Shown one piece after another: positions 14,164 through 25,856 of a DNA stretch of 64,000 nt (within the stretch, counting starts at the first letter, position 1; the number at the start of each line of letters is the position of its first letter). The position numbers and the translations under genes are program-made. The stretch is from assembly GCA_976226885.1 (NCBI GenBank), contig OZ320313.1, positions 52,700,001 to 52,764,000 on the forward strand. The letters run 5' to 3'. Source of the stretch: Iphione sp. A-MEVVRFRX5. Its lineage: Eukaryota. The notes below the pieces were generated by a model. That model was given only the letters and a program-made list of their open reading frames with translations, did no database searches and was not told where the DNA came from.

Positions 14164-14480
14164 TTAGTTTTGATATTCTCTGTCCATGAGATTAAGTCCC
14201 TGGGGGGACATGGTTCTTAGGCGGTGGATCCACCTTTTTTTCTAGTTTGTTTCTTAGGTCTTGGGATTCTTTCGTATCTGGGTGGCAGTGGATAAAGTCC
14301 ATGACTTGTATTTGTAGGTTCGTCATGAAGTGATGTTTTCTCCTATTGAAATGTTCTTTTATAAGATTCTTCTCTGGTGTCTTTCTTATGTCATAAAAGT
14401 GGTTTGCTAATCGGTCTCTAAGGTGTCTTTTCGCTTGCCCTACATAGCTCACTAGACATTTTTTTACAGCTGGATATGGA
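14164..14480 (-). pseudogene. Penelope-like element GIY-YIG endonuclease C-terminus, frameshifted
   Basis: CKKC-LVSYVGQAKRHLRDRLANHFYDIRK...HFNRRKH...LEK-WIHRLRTMSPQGLN is recovered if one A is removed from each A7 run (14459-14465 and 14235-14241). Matches the PLE GIY-YIG pattern CxxC-x3-YVG-x5-R...HF...H...E-x2-WI-x2-L-x-T-x2-P-x-GLN. Confidence 0.88.
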
Positions 14481-14802
14481 TATTTATACAGAGTACAGAG
14501 TGCCAATATGAGTGTTTATGCAAGTTTCTCAAGACCTGTTTGTACCAGACAATGCTGCTGTCACAGTCCTTCATCAACATTTTCTTGCTTGTGTTGCAGT
14601 CCTGAAATGTAAATTTTTTTGACTCATCAGATTGAACATGCCATTGCTGAAATGAGGTTGCAAGCCCTTTTTTTGTTGAATTTACACCTAATTTCATTTT
14701 TTTTATAGAATTTCTCAAGTTATAAATTTATAATTTTTTTCCAAAAATTACCTATCTGTACTTGACAACAGTCTGCACATCAGTTGATATCATAGTCTCC
14801 AC

Positions 14803-16150
14803 CTATGTTGACTGGCAGTGATTGGGGATAAGCACATCTGACTTCCCTTCCATGAAGGAAACCTGCCTAGCCTCTCCTGATTTTTCCATTATTTCCAATG
14901 GTTTTGTAGCTGTGCAAGGTGCCTTTGCTTGTGCTTTCGAGGGTTTTGACAGGATTTCATACATGTCACACTGTTGCTTTACACTTGCAACTGAGTAGTG
15001 GTTTAAGCTTACTATATTGCGGTGCAATACCTCCATGCAATAGCTTTGTACATGTGAGTTTTCGAACCGAGTGATTGTTTTTTTTCCATGAAGGTCTGCT
15101 ATTTTTGCCATTTCCAGCATCATTCTTGACAACTCGTTAACCCCCATAGGCAAATGGCTGTACCATATGGGGCTGTCTTTTTTCTTTTATGATGAATGGA
15201 GGGGAACAAGGGACTCTCTGGGCCCTTGGTATCCAAAGACCATCTTGCCAGATATTCCTGGAGCACAAATATTGGACATCTGTCAACATTCTAATCATTT
15301 CCCAACATCTTTGGGGTGAAGGGTCTACCATGACTAGTGTCCCCTTGTCAAGTTTTGGTTATACATTCATTGAACTCAACGTACTATCTGTTGTGGTGAT
15401 CCTTCTTCATCTGTAGATCTCCCACTCTCAATGATCTTGTTTCCTGTTATCTGCGGAAACCAAAGAATTTGGTAACCATGTACTAAACTGTTGATCTTAG
15501 TGCCCGGGGATTGTGGATGCCCATAGCTCCACTTTCCCATAATAATTCCTCTTCTTCATCTGATATCACTTCTGTCTGAAATATTTATTTTCTGTCATTG
15601 AATTACTCATTTTTTTTCAACATGAAATTGAATGGAAATGGATGAAATAGAAATGAATGTCTTGTTTAATTTTGTTTTTGTTATTAATTAATAATTTTTA
15701 GAAGAATTTCACTCATTTTATTTGGGCATTTCCTAATCCGTTGCTCTTCAATTCTTTCCTTTTAGCCTGAAGCACTTTACGTGAGGTGTCCAAAGTGTGT
15801 GAAGTTACCAAACTGTCAGAGTATAGGTTATCTTCCAGATATCATATTCCTCTCCATTTGTCTTCCGAAGGGACATTATATATTCCCCTATATACACATC
15901 TAAAGTTTTCAGGGGAATGTCTTCAATCTTTCTGTTTTCACCCTTCCTAGACACCCACGCTTGCATTTTCTCCAGGTCCTTTGTTGTTTTTCTCACTGTC
16001 TCCTTATTTCAGTTCTTGTCAATGTACTCATGCAATTTCGCTTGATGCACTGCTACATTTTCTACTTCATGATCATGTTCTGAATTAGCATCTTTTTTCC
16101 ATTGTTTTTCTTGCAATATTTCCTCAAGCTTGTCGTCAGCAACATCAAAT
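14803..16150 (-). mobile_element. Crypton (tyrosine recombinase / DUF3504-type) DNA transposon relic
   Basis: Collinear decayed motifs: TVRKTTKDL..W..KGENRKIEDIP..LD.YIGEYIMSLRKTNGEEY; SRKVLQAKRKELKSNGLGN; EEEELLWESGAMG..NPRAL..TV*Y..TKFFGFR; GDLQMKKD...*YVEFNE..TKT*QG; RCP; P-MGVNELSRMM..MAKIADLHGKKT-NHSVRK..CTKLLHGG; HRNIVSLNHY..AS.KQQ. The R, H-x-x-R, H and Y catalytic positions are readable despite stops and frameshifts. Confidence 0.88.
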
Positions 16151-17782
16151 TCCAATTCAAGTCCATTTTCTTCTTTTTTCTAGTCTTTTTCAATGATTTA
16201 CCTTTGGTACAATGTTACAGCAGAATCCAGATGACAGTTCTTTTTTAACATCCACATTTGTTTCTTTTCTATGGGAAATACGTCATTTGCAACTTCTGGT
16301 TAATGCTGCTCACTTGTTTCAATCATTATTTATCTATTTAATATCTATTTCAAACATGTTTGTGTTTTGTTTGTCAAATATTTCAGTTTCGCTTTTTTTC
16401 TCCTAATTTCTGTCAAGTGTTTTATGAATTTTAGTTTGTTGCTAAAAATTACTTTTACGACAAAAAGAACCGATAGTGGTTTTGTTTTTGTTCTTTATGT
16501 ATGAAAATACTGTTGGCTTTGGCCATAATAAAGACAACTTGTATCTGTGAAGAGGTTGTTTATTGCTGAATGGCTCGAACACAACTGATCCAAAATCGTA
16601 AAACAGGTGCACTTATATAGGAAATGACCCTCCCTCCGCTACATTTGCCCTCCTTCCGCAGTATTGCACTTATCCTCTGCCCTCCTCTATTTTCCTCTCT
16701 GCAAGTTTGTCCTTCGACTACAATACCTTCTTCACCATTTATTAATATTATGTCCATTTTAGATCTGTTCAAATTAAATCACTATCACATACATTAATAC
16801 ATATACCTTTACTATGTCTTCTTTAATGTATTCTTTCAATTCAAGTTTTATCCCCAAACAGCAGCATGTGATACACGCTCATGTATCACATGTGTATCAG
16901 CAGACAGTATATGCACCCTGTACTTGCATAGGCATTGAATAAAGAGTTGTGCATTGATCAGTTTGGGATACATTTTTGCCTGTATTTGTCCCCTGTCATT
17001 CACTTAGATGGTGGTGTCCAGGAAATTAATTCTACTTTGATTTTATAGGTGATCTTGTTCAGTTTTTCTAGATTACATTTTTCATTTCATGTATCTTCAT
17101 TGCCTTTCCAAACTGCAAATATATTGTAGTGGACTTGCTCCGCTGTGTTAAGTGTTCTGCAGAAGTTCAGTTCTGCATGTGTTTTACTCAGCCCACTTGC
17201 AATTTTATGTACAAAAAGCCTGGCGTGCGGAGTATAGTTCAGTTCTTGCTTTTCTGTGGAATAAACCACATCTCTATATTCAAATGCTTTATTATTGCCA
17301 AAATGCTAAGATCAGATCCTAACAATATCATTGGTACCATATTTTTGCCCAGCAGTCAACTTGAGTAATCAAATTTTGCTTTAGTTTGCTCAACTTTAGC
17401 ATAGAGGGCCTATCTAACTTTTTTGGTTTGTATAATTATCTATTTTTGTATGTTCCTTTATTTTGTGGTGGTTTTCCCTTTCCTAATGGTGGGAGTTCAA
17501 GTTTTGAATCATCAAATGATTACCCTTTTTCATGAGATAGAATCCTACTATGATAAGTTTTTCTATGTTTATTCTTTTATCATAGATTTCCTGTTGTTAT
17601 TTGTTCCTTTTTTAATATTAATACAACCATGATGCAGTCTATGTGAATGTTGTTGACATATGCAGATTGGGTACCTTGCCACCAGGGAAAAATCACTGTG
17701 TAACACAGTTTGAATAAAGGTGATAATGTGTCATTAGAAGCAACGCTCTTAAAACAGGGTAATATTGTATAACATTTGAACC

Positions 17783-18291
17783 AATGAAAGTGGCCCTACT
17801 GCGGAGTATGTCCTGGATGATATGTTTGTCTCTCAGGAACTTGTGTTTTCTTACAATTCTTCATATCATTGTTGAGCAGAACTCGACTTAAAATAGTGTA
17901 AAGCCATTGTGTTTTATGCCGAGTCACCATGGGAACAATGCAGATATTATCAGTGATCCTTTATGAGGCCCTGGATAATGGGCGCTTGTTATGTCATGAT
18001 ACCTCGTAACAACCCATTGTATCCTTGACATGTAATGAACGACTGTATATGGTTGATGTGCATAGGTTGTGTTGTCACTATTGGCAAGTAGAGTACAAAG
18101 GTACCATGTTCCGACACTCTCGTCGGACTTGCCTACCTGCTGCTGCTGAATTGCTGAATCACTGTACTAGTTTGCTGAAGAAGAATAAAAGGCTTATATC
18201 AAACCTGATGCTGTGGTCTTGGCTTGGTGCTACAAGTGACAGGCTTTTTGATTATGACAAGAATAAAGTAGTCAATGGGATCAGTTTCTGA
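17783..18291 (+). pseudogene. Decayed unknown ORF just inside the right end of the CACTA-like element
   Basis: Protein-like reading (GPTAEYVLDDMFVSQELVFSY... then QILSVILYEALDNGRLLCHD*...LFDYDKNKVVNGISF*) broken by a few stops and one frameshift, ending just before the subterminal repeats. Family not recognised. Confidence 0.35.
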
Positions 18292-18316
18292 CAACCTATT
18301 AGTCATAAACTTTTAA

Positions 18317-18509
18317 TGACAATGCTAAACTTGTACATTGTATGACCGTCAATTTAACAATACAAAACTTGTCACTAGAGACAACCTTATGACTAGTTTA
18401 GTTTATCATTATGACAATTCTACAGTAGTCATATCATCAAGTTTATGACAACCATCCTTGTCACAAACTTTGAGTGACAATGCTAAACTTGTACATTGTA
18501 TGACCGTCA
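18317..18509 (+). repeat. Subterminal direct repeat (35-bp perfect, about 70-bp imperfect, two copies)
   Basis: TGACAATGCTAAACTTGTACATTGTATGACCGTCA at 18317-18351 and 18475-18509. Confidence 0.9.
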
Positions 18510-18708
18510 GCAGGACAAGCCAAAACTTGTTACTAGAGACAAGTCCATGACAACTTTATTTTTTCAGTGTACATGTATATACAAGTAAATTTTATATGGT
18601 TACACTCACATAGTCTTTTGACTTCAAGAGTTACTGACAGGATGTGATGCAAGGTGAGGTGTAACCTCAGATGTAGTCTGCCTGTTAAACCTATGTGGTG
18701 ATCAGGAC

Positions 18709-19261
18709 TTAGCTGACTTTCCTTAGAAGTGTGTTTTCATGGATGCATTTTCACAGCCATATTTTTACAGCCGTGTTTGCCTCTTTCCATAGGGTCAGCA
18801 TATCACATGTGCCTTATTTTAACTGCCTTGAAAGCGGCAAATTCAGCTGGAACTTGACGAATTGCACATAAATTCAGATGAAAAGCAACAAATTTCATGC
18901 AAATTCGGAAAGAAATGGCAAAACCCAAGTAATTTTCACACAAAAAAAAACAGCAGAATGTACACAAATTCGACAGCAAAACCGGTGTACAGCAGTGAGG
19001 CAAAGCGAGGAAATGTGAGGAAATATTCTGTTTTTTGCTAACAAGTTGTTTCACTCTTGCTTTTCATATACGTCTGCGCAAAACATGTGCAGGGACGCCA
19101 TGAAAATTTGGAACATTCCAAGTCTGAAAGCATGACCCACAGCCCTGGAAACATTGCCATGTTTCCACAGGGTAAGGAAACTCTCTCGGTGTGAGTCTTA
19201 GTTCCCCCAAAATTACAAAAATACAGCCATGAAAATATGCCTCTAAGGAAATTCAGCCTAA
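18709..19261. mobile_element. MITE, copy 1 of the TAAGGCTGAATTTCCTTAG family
   Basis: Left ttagctgactttccttagaagtgtgttttcatgg is an imperfect inverted repeat of right ccatgaaaatatgcctctaaggaaattcagcctaa. Same termini as the element at 21728. Confidence 0.65.
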
Positions 19262-20644
19262 GAGCTCTTCTCCATATTTGCGGTACTGTGTTACATGTGC
19301 ATTGCGTTAATTTACCGACACACTCTTAGTTTTGTGAGGGTACCTATTGATACATTACATGTATGTGTTGCTTGTGTTTTCTGCTTTCTTTACATGAGTG
19401 TTGTCCCAAAATGAACATGGTTGGTAAATTTCACGCAAATGCATGGAATTGTATGCGTAGGGTATAGAACAAGGGCCTATAGGACCAGGCTAGGGATATG
19501 AAATCCACGTAGAAAGTAGACTTAATTTGCACAATATTAGCATAAAGAGCTCGCAGTTTAAACAGTCTGGCAAAGATTCAAGAGATTCCTGGGGAAAATG
19601 TCACACTTGGAACAATTTTACGATATTTGCAGACAACAAATGCACATTTTGCATAAATTCAGGTAATTTGCAGGAAAAAAACACTAGACATTTCCAAGAA
19701 ACCCCAGCATTTGGCATGATTTTAGGAGATTCTCCACATGAAGCGCATTTGGAAAATGACACCAAATGGTAGCAAAAGGTGGCAAACGATGCAACAAATT
19801 CAAATGCAACTGTAAAGGACACCCTCTTGTGTTCCCCTGCTCCACTCCAGTTAATGAATATGCAACACAAATGCATAGCAATGCATGAATGCAAGTATGG
19901 AAACTGGGCCCAGCATTATTTGTAGATATGTTAATACTTTTAAAATGGAGATTTCCCTACCGTGTCTATTTCCCTACCAAGTGAAATTCGCTGCCGTGAC
20001 GCAGAATAGGACAAAGCTAGCTCCAGGGGTATACCTCTCCAACAGACAAACTATATGTATTGCGACTGTTTACTATATTTGTCACATACAACTCGCATTT
20101 TATATCGTAAATGGTCAAATTATCAATCTTGAAGCCCTAACGTTGATGGATGTCATAATAAAGAATCATTAGCTTCAAAATCATTGAGGCATTTTCATTT
20201 ACAGAGTTAACGTGCAGTTCTTGAGTTAATAAGTCGTTGTCAAGTGAAATAAATATAGTTAAATTGACCATATTGCAGAGACCAAACTAATGTATCGATC
20301 GTTAAAAGCTCCTCCGGAAAGTGACATGGGAAAAATTCCGTAAAATTATGGCACGGTGACACTGGCGACTAATTTTCGTTTTAAAACTCGATCAACGCCT
20401 TGCATTTCGTGCCGGGTTGAGGGTGTGAATAGGATGTCGCATGCTTCATGTGTCTGCATGTAAAGACTTTTTTGACGGCCTGGGCTATGTGTGTGGGTGG
20501 CATGGACGGTGCAGAGGTTGAAAGAGACGTTGAAAGGAGGGCAATACGCTCCCTGATTGCGGCCTAATGAGGTTATGATGGCACGAGACTCTTGCGTCAC
20601 ATGAGTTGGCGCTAACGGTGGGCGCACTGCGAAACAGAACGTGA

Positions 20645-20658
20645 ACAGTAGATGGCGC
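20645..20658 (+). promoter_or_regulatory. CTCF motif
   Basis: ACAGTAGATGGCGC, 13/14 to CCASYAGRKGGCRS, in a CpG-rich patch. Confidence 0.4.
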
Positions 20659-21727
20659 GTCCATCAGTGCGCTGCTGGACACGTGACGCCTGAGGGACTT
20701 GTAAATTCTTAAAGTAGTGCTAGAGGATAGTGCGACGAGGGTCGCCTTTTGAGGACCGGATATCGCCCGTGGTTTACATCATCTTATTTCTATGAAATGA
20801 ACATAGACTTCTTCGGAATGTATAGAATGTTTTATCTCAACTTCCTGTCAGAACAGAATGATTAAACTTACTTTATTTGGAATGATTTCCTCAATATGCA
20901 TATACAGTGGGCAGGGTAAGTCCCTCTCCTTACTATACATATATTAGTACACAGTTTTGTAGAAAAAAACGTCACTTAAAACGTTCCCTGCACATGCAGC
21001 ATCAAGGCAAACCGGTGTATCCCATTCCGGCTCCTGATAGCACCTCAAAGGTGTATGTTGTGAGACTAATGAAAGCTGGCGTCTCCCTCACCACTGAAAC
21101 ACTGCTGTCCAAAGCATTCCTGAGATCCTAGACTCCTGCCGCGAAAGGTCGGTGATAATGCATGGGGAGAGTGCTCCGCATTAAGATGTAAAAATACTTC
21201 ACTTTAATAAGCTATGGGAGGCGACCTTTGGACATTTGTGCCGACAAATGCATGTATTAAAATTATCCCTACAACTATTTGCTACCCATATGATGACTAT
21301 AGTCTGGAAAGAGGTTATGTTTTACAAATTTCAGAGTGCCGCTGTAAGTAGATCGCCCCTTTCATGTATGGACACGTTGGCTGGTGTAACACTCGATAAA
21401 CGAGAATACACAATAATGGAAATCCACTTAGGAGACTACACCGAACTTTATAAATTCTTTGTCATTAGTTGGATCTTTGGTGAGCCAATCTGGCGTGATA
21501 CGAAGGAATCGTGGCAATTGTACTTTCGTGTGTTATTTAGATATACTACAACTTACGGGGCAATGTAAAGGTATGTACAGAAGACTGACTCAAAGGAATT
21601 CCATTAAGAACTGATCTTCATTAAGACGTGTGTAAAAAGAGGGAAAATTTCCTTTTTTCAGTATTATTAACTTTCCTATACAAGACCATCAGATAGGACT
21701 GGCTTGTTGAAAGATCCAAGGGTGGTC

Positions 21728-22135
21728 TAAGGCTGAATTTCCTTAGACGTCTGTTTTCACGGTGCATTTTTCCATGGCCAAGTTTTCTTGGCTGGCCCGC
21801 CATGTTTCACATTATTCAAGCGGAAATTACATAATTTTCACAATTTTTCAGCAAAAACATGATTTTCACTATTTTCCGCTATTTTGCGGCCCGGTTTGCC
21901 TGATATTATCTTGCTTTCACCTGAATTTGCCTCACTTTTGCCTGAAACATGGGTGTGGCTCCATGAAAAAGGGGAAATTTTCCAATCTGGAAACATAGCC
22001 ATTTTGCTAAGTTTCGATGGCTTTGTTTCCATGGTACAAGCAACTGTCCTGCTGGGAAGTATTATTTTAAAAAAGGCACACCGAAAACACAGCAGGACGG
22101 CCATGAAAACACGCACCTAAGGAAATTCGGCCTTA
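21728..22135. mobile_element. MITE, copy 2 of the TAAGGCTGAATTTCCTTAG family
   Basis: Left TAAGGCTGAATTTCCTTAG..TGTTTTCACGG versus right CCATGAAAACAC..CTAAGGAAATTCGGCCTTA: 18/19 TIR identity, TA at both ends, AT-rich non-coding interior. Confidence 0.8.
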
Positions 22136-22889
22136 TTTTGCGAGGGTCTAGTGCACACCAATATTGTTAATGTTTGTACGGCAGAAAGGCTAAATAAGGA
22201 AAAAAGGACAACAACTACACGAATACATGTAATGACTTTTTATCTAAACTAAACCAGTGGGGTATTTCAGGTGATAATTTTAAATGGCACATACAAGTCA
22301 AATGTAGAATGCCGAAGACAAGACTATCCTTGCTACTCAACTTCAGTACTGGGCATGGGCGTGCCTGTGGCTTATAAAAACTTTCTAGGATTAATAAAGG
22401 TGGTGGATTTGTATCATGGCGAGCAACTACATGTATTCCTCTTTACCGAAAAATATTGCACGAAGGATCATTTGTCAGACACTTAATTATTCAGTAATCG
22501 GCTCGGGATATGAAAGTGATATCTCAATGATGAGGTACAGCTTATTGAAAATATATCAAAATTCCAGGGGGCTTCCAGGGCCTAAAAAGATATCAAAGAG
22601 ATTGCCAGAAAACATGATAATTCAATACCTGCGCCTTTATTTGCAAAACGAAAACAAATATAAAAGGGAGGTACATTCCTATACAAAAAGAGCATTATCC
22701 AATTAATTGCGTCACGTCAAAATAATCGCGTGCTTCTTCCGGCCCTCGACCAAATGCAATTGCTCAGGATCCGCTCAGAAAACAGGCGTGTGAAAATACA
22801 GGGAACAGAAGAACGATTTCCTCATTTTCTAAATCCTTAAGATGCTTATTCGTTCGTGTCCCAAGACGCCCAGGCCTCGGAGGCATTGT

Positions 22890-22972
22890 GGGGAAAGCGC
22901 TTCTCTTTTGAAGGTCTTCGCAAGAAGTGGCGCACCGACCTGAATGGTATTGAAGGAGAAGCGCTTTTCCCC
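22890..22972 (+). ncRNA. Long hairpin / structured RNA candidate
   Basis: GGGGAAAGCGCTTCTCTTTTGA (22890-22911) pairs with TTGAAGGAGAAGCGCTTTTCCCC (22950-22972). The apex folds as AGGTC/GACCT enclosing TTC-GCAA-GAA and GTG-GCG-CAC. Confidence 0.35.
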
Positions 22973-25273
22973 CTTTTACCAATATCAAATCTACATATCC
23001 TTTGTGGTGCAACCTTTCTTGTGTGTCTTTCTGTCTCTCAGAGAATCCACCTTTCTGTCTATCGTGAAGGCATATGTGCATGTAGATGTATGTACATATA
23101 TATATATGTGTGTATATATATCTATTTTATGCCATGATTCTTTTCGATTTCTATAACTTTCCGGTGGCAACATTATTTCAGTATGTACATTTCTTCCAGG
23201 AGGGTGCAGTTATGTGTATTATTAATATCCCTTAGTGTCTTATTGAGGCACTGATGAGCTTCCCAACTTCCAACAAGCCAAGCATTTCCCCTGAAGAGTT
23301 ATTTCAAACTATTCTCATTTCCACAGACAAGCACCTCTCTTTCCCTTCTTTGCCACCCTCCCTCCCTTTCTCCCTCCCGCCCACCCGAGTCCCTTCCCGA
23401 CAACATTTCCACTGGTTAGGGACCGTCTAATGGCGCCTGCGGACTCGAACCATCTCCGACCCACTGGCGACCAGCGGTGGGTGCGTCCCTTCGATTTCTT
23501 GGTTGGATCTTCCTAATGGAGGACGCGAGTGTAAACATTCTTCAGGCTCCTTCTTTCGGCATCATTAGCGGCGACAAAACAGCGCACGCTAATCGATACA
23601 GGCGTCCGCCCATTGGCACGGCTGTCGATGCTAAAGCAACCTATTGTATTATCGCCCAGAGGGGAAAGTGGTTGAGATAGAACGGTTAGCTCGTCTGGGG
23701 TACCTTTGTGGATTTTTGCACAGTCGGAGGGTGAGTTCGGGTCCAGTGCGTGTTTCTAATGCACGTATGTGAGATGGGTGTCAGTGCAGAGGTGTGTGTA
23801 AATGTAGGTGTATCAGTACGGGCATGTTTTTGTTGGCCCTGACGAATGGGACAATAGTGTGGTTCTGTAATCGGCGGAGCCCTCAGGTCTATGGAGGCAG
23901 ACATTGCTACATTGTTAGTGTGGATTGACGCCATCCTCTGATAGACCTTCAAGGCTGGTCCCTCGAAACGGAAATAGTGGCCTTCGTGTGGCTATGGGGT
24001 TAACCCGTATTTCCGGTTATTTATCCATTCCTCCATTCTTCGTCTGACATTATATGTATACAGTGTACGTGTACATGTATTTGATTTCATACCATTCACA
24101 TTTTAACATGTTTGCACCAATATTTAAGTTTGTGCTACTTTCATCTCAAAAAATGGTTTGTTTCCTACATTCAGACTTGGCAGCGAAGTTTAAACATTAA
24201 TTTTGAGAAAGCACGGTATTCACGTTTAAAAACTAACAACCGTCTACTCCCCCGTTTGAACATCGATCCCAGATGATATTAACACTGGCAGCGCTGCGAC
24301 TTGTACTACATGTGGTACTATATGTTCTCTTGAAATTCTTTTGAAAAACAACGGAATTATTGGATGCTTCGTACAATGAAGTAGCATTTTCCCTCTTGGG
24401 GTGCATTCATTTTCTATGGATTCTTTGCTTTTTCTTCAACAGTCCCACACTTCCTGTCCCGCGTGATGTGGCGCCGTCTATCGACCATTGTCGCACTAAC
24501 GATAACGTCATTGTTAACGTTGTCAATTTCCGGTTTCACCGTACCTCCACCCAGTCCCCATCCCACTTCCTACCCCCTCTTTACCCCTCTAGCGGTTTTC
24601 CTATGCGCCAGCAGGACTGGAATGGGGTGGGGCGGGATGGTTTGCTTGCCACCACCGCCATGATTGACGGATTGATAATAATGATGGAATGCATGTAAAA
24701 GCCCTCCCGCTCGCAGCCACTCTCCACACCTCACAATCGGCGCTCTCGGAGCATGGCCACCACCACGGTGACAGGTTTCTTATCTGGCCTCTATCCCGAC
24801 CCCTGATGACGCTATCTCGTGAGCGGAATCACATTTTATACGGCGAGTGTGCCTAAACAGCATACAAAACCTCTGACAGGCCCACAAGGAACCGTACACG
24901 ATAAAGGGTGAGAGAGGCAGACTTAAAGAGACAGGCTGTGCAAGATATTGGTGCAAGAGAGAGTGAGATAGAGGGACACCGCGAGGAAAAAATGGTGGGC
25001 AGATAAAAGGAGAGCTACAGACGGACAAAAAAAAGAAGAGTATGAGTGTCGAAAGACTACAGTGAAAATAGAGTGGAGCAAATGCTGCCTGTTGGCAAAT
25101 TATTATTGACACATATTTGTCTGCATGTACTGCATAGCACTCACTTGATGGGGACGTGAACGGAGATAAAGACACCTCCCGGTGGTTGGGACGTTAATTT
25201 AGTGCCTGGTAGAATTCTACATTCCTAACAGTGAAAGCATATATGGAGTGAGTCAGAGAATAAGTGAGAGAGG

Positions 25274-25276
<3 letters not shown>

Positions 25277-25322
<46 letters not shown>
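25277..25322 (+). repeat. (AG)23 microsatellite
   Basis: Direct read. Confidence 0.97.
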
Positions 25323-25328
<6 letters not shown>

Positions 25329-25633
25329 TGAGGGAAGGAGGGAGGAGTGGACCGACGGACGAACGGAAGGAACGAGGGAGAGAAGAGGAAGAGGTTAGGT
25401 TAGGCGCGTGACGAAAGATGACAACAAGGGCTGGCTGATAGGGATGAATGTTAGGCCATGCGCCCGCCTGCCTCGCCACTCATATATAACAATAAGCTGG
25501 AAGACCAGGCAGGCAGCTACAATAAGCTGTCGGCATCACCAACGCCTGTCTATTCAATTAATCAGATGCAATGGCGGGCTTGCCTGAGAAGGACCTTTAA
25601 AAAGATGCTGGTGTAGGCACCGGTTGTTCAGCA

Positions 25634-25856
25634 ATGATGCCAGCTGGTCTCTTGGAGGCGGGAGCTGGGAGTTTGGCTGTGGTCAGCGTCCCTGTTACTA
25701 TCCATCACGACGATGGGACGTACCAGACCTTCACACCAGACGCGGTCTCTTTCGGGCCAGTGGATTCGGCAAGGCTGAGAGAGCTCTTTATTTCCTCCTC
25801 CAACACTACAGACTATTTGCCAATGCCACCGCCCAGTCTTAATGCTGAGACCCCTT
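25634..25856 (+). CDS. Possible first coding exon or small ORF of a nested plus-strand gene (MMPAGLLEAGAGSLAVVSVPVTIHHDDGTYQTF...)
   Basis: Strong GNN codon bias, TATA-like CATATATAAC at 25481, possible donor CTT|GTAAGG at 25856/25857. Unspliced the ORF is 87 aa. No homology recognised, and uORFs precede it. Confidence 0.3.

Larger units (their letters stand above)
13191..18569. mobile_element. EnSpm/CACTA-like DNA transposon (non-autonomous or decayed) with nested TE relics
   Basis: TA|CACTGAAAAAAT at 13191 and ATTTTTTCAGTG|TA ending at 18569: 12-bp perfect TIR, imperfect similarity over about 55 bp, TA flanking both ends, arrays of GACAAC/TTGTC subterminal repeats. CACTG ends with a 2-bp TSD match animal EnSpm elements. 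Confidence 0.7.

Noticed and set aside
18290-18560. Regularly recurring GACAAC/TTGTC repeats resembling a CRISPR array
   Set aside because: Eukaryotic context, irregular spacing and degenerate units; explained as transposon subterminal repeats.
22905-22950. SECIS-like reading of the hairpin apex
   Set aside because: UUGA instead of RUGA, helix II too short and mismatched, and no selenoprotein 3'UTR context.
24803-24832. Hammerhead-like CTGATGA-CGCT..AGCG-GAAT
   Set aside because: The essential GAAA is GAAU, the 15.1-16.1 pair is inverted, and stem I is poor.
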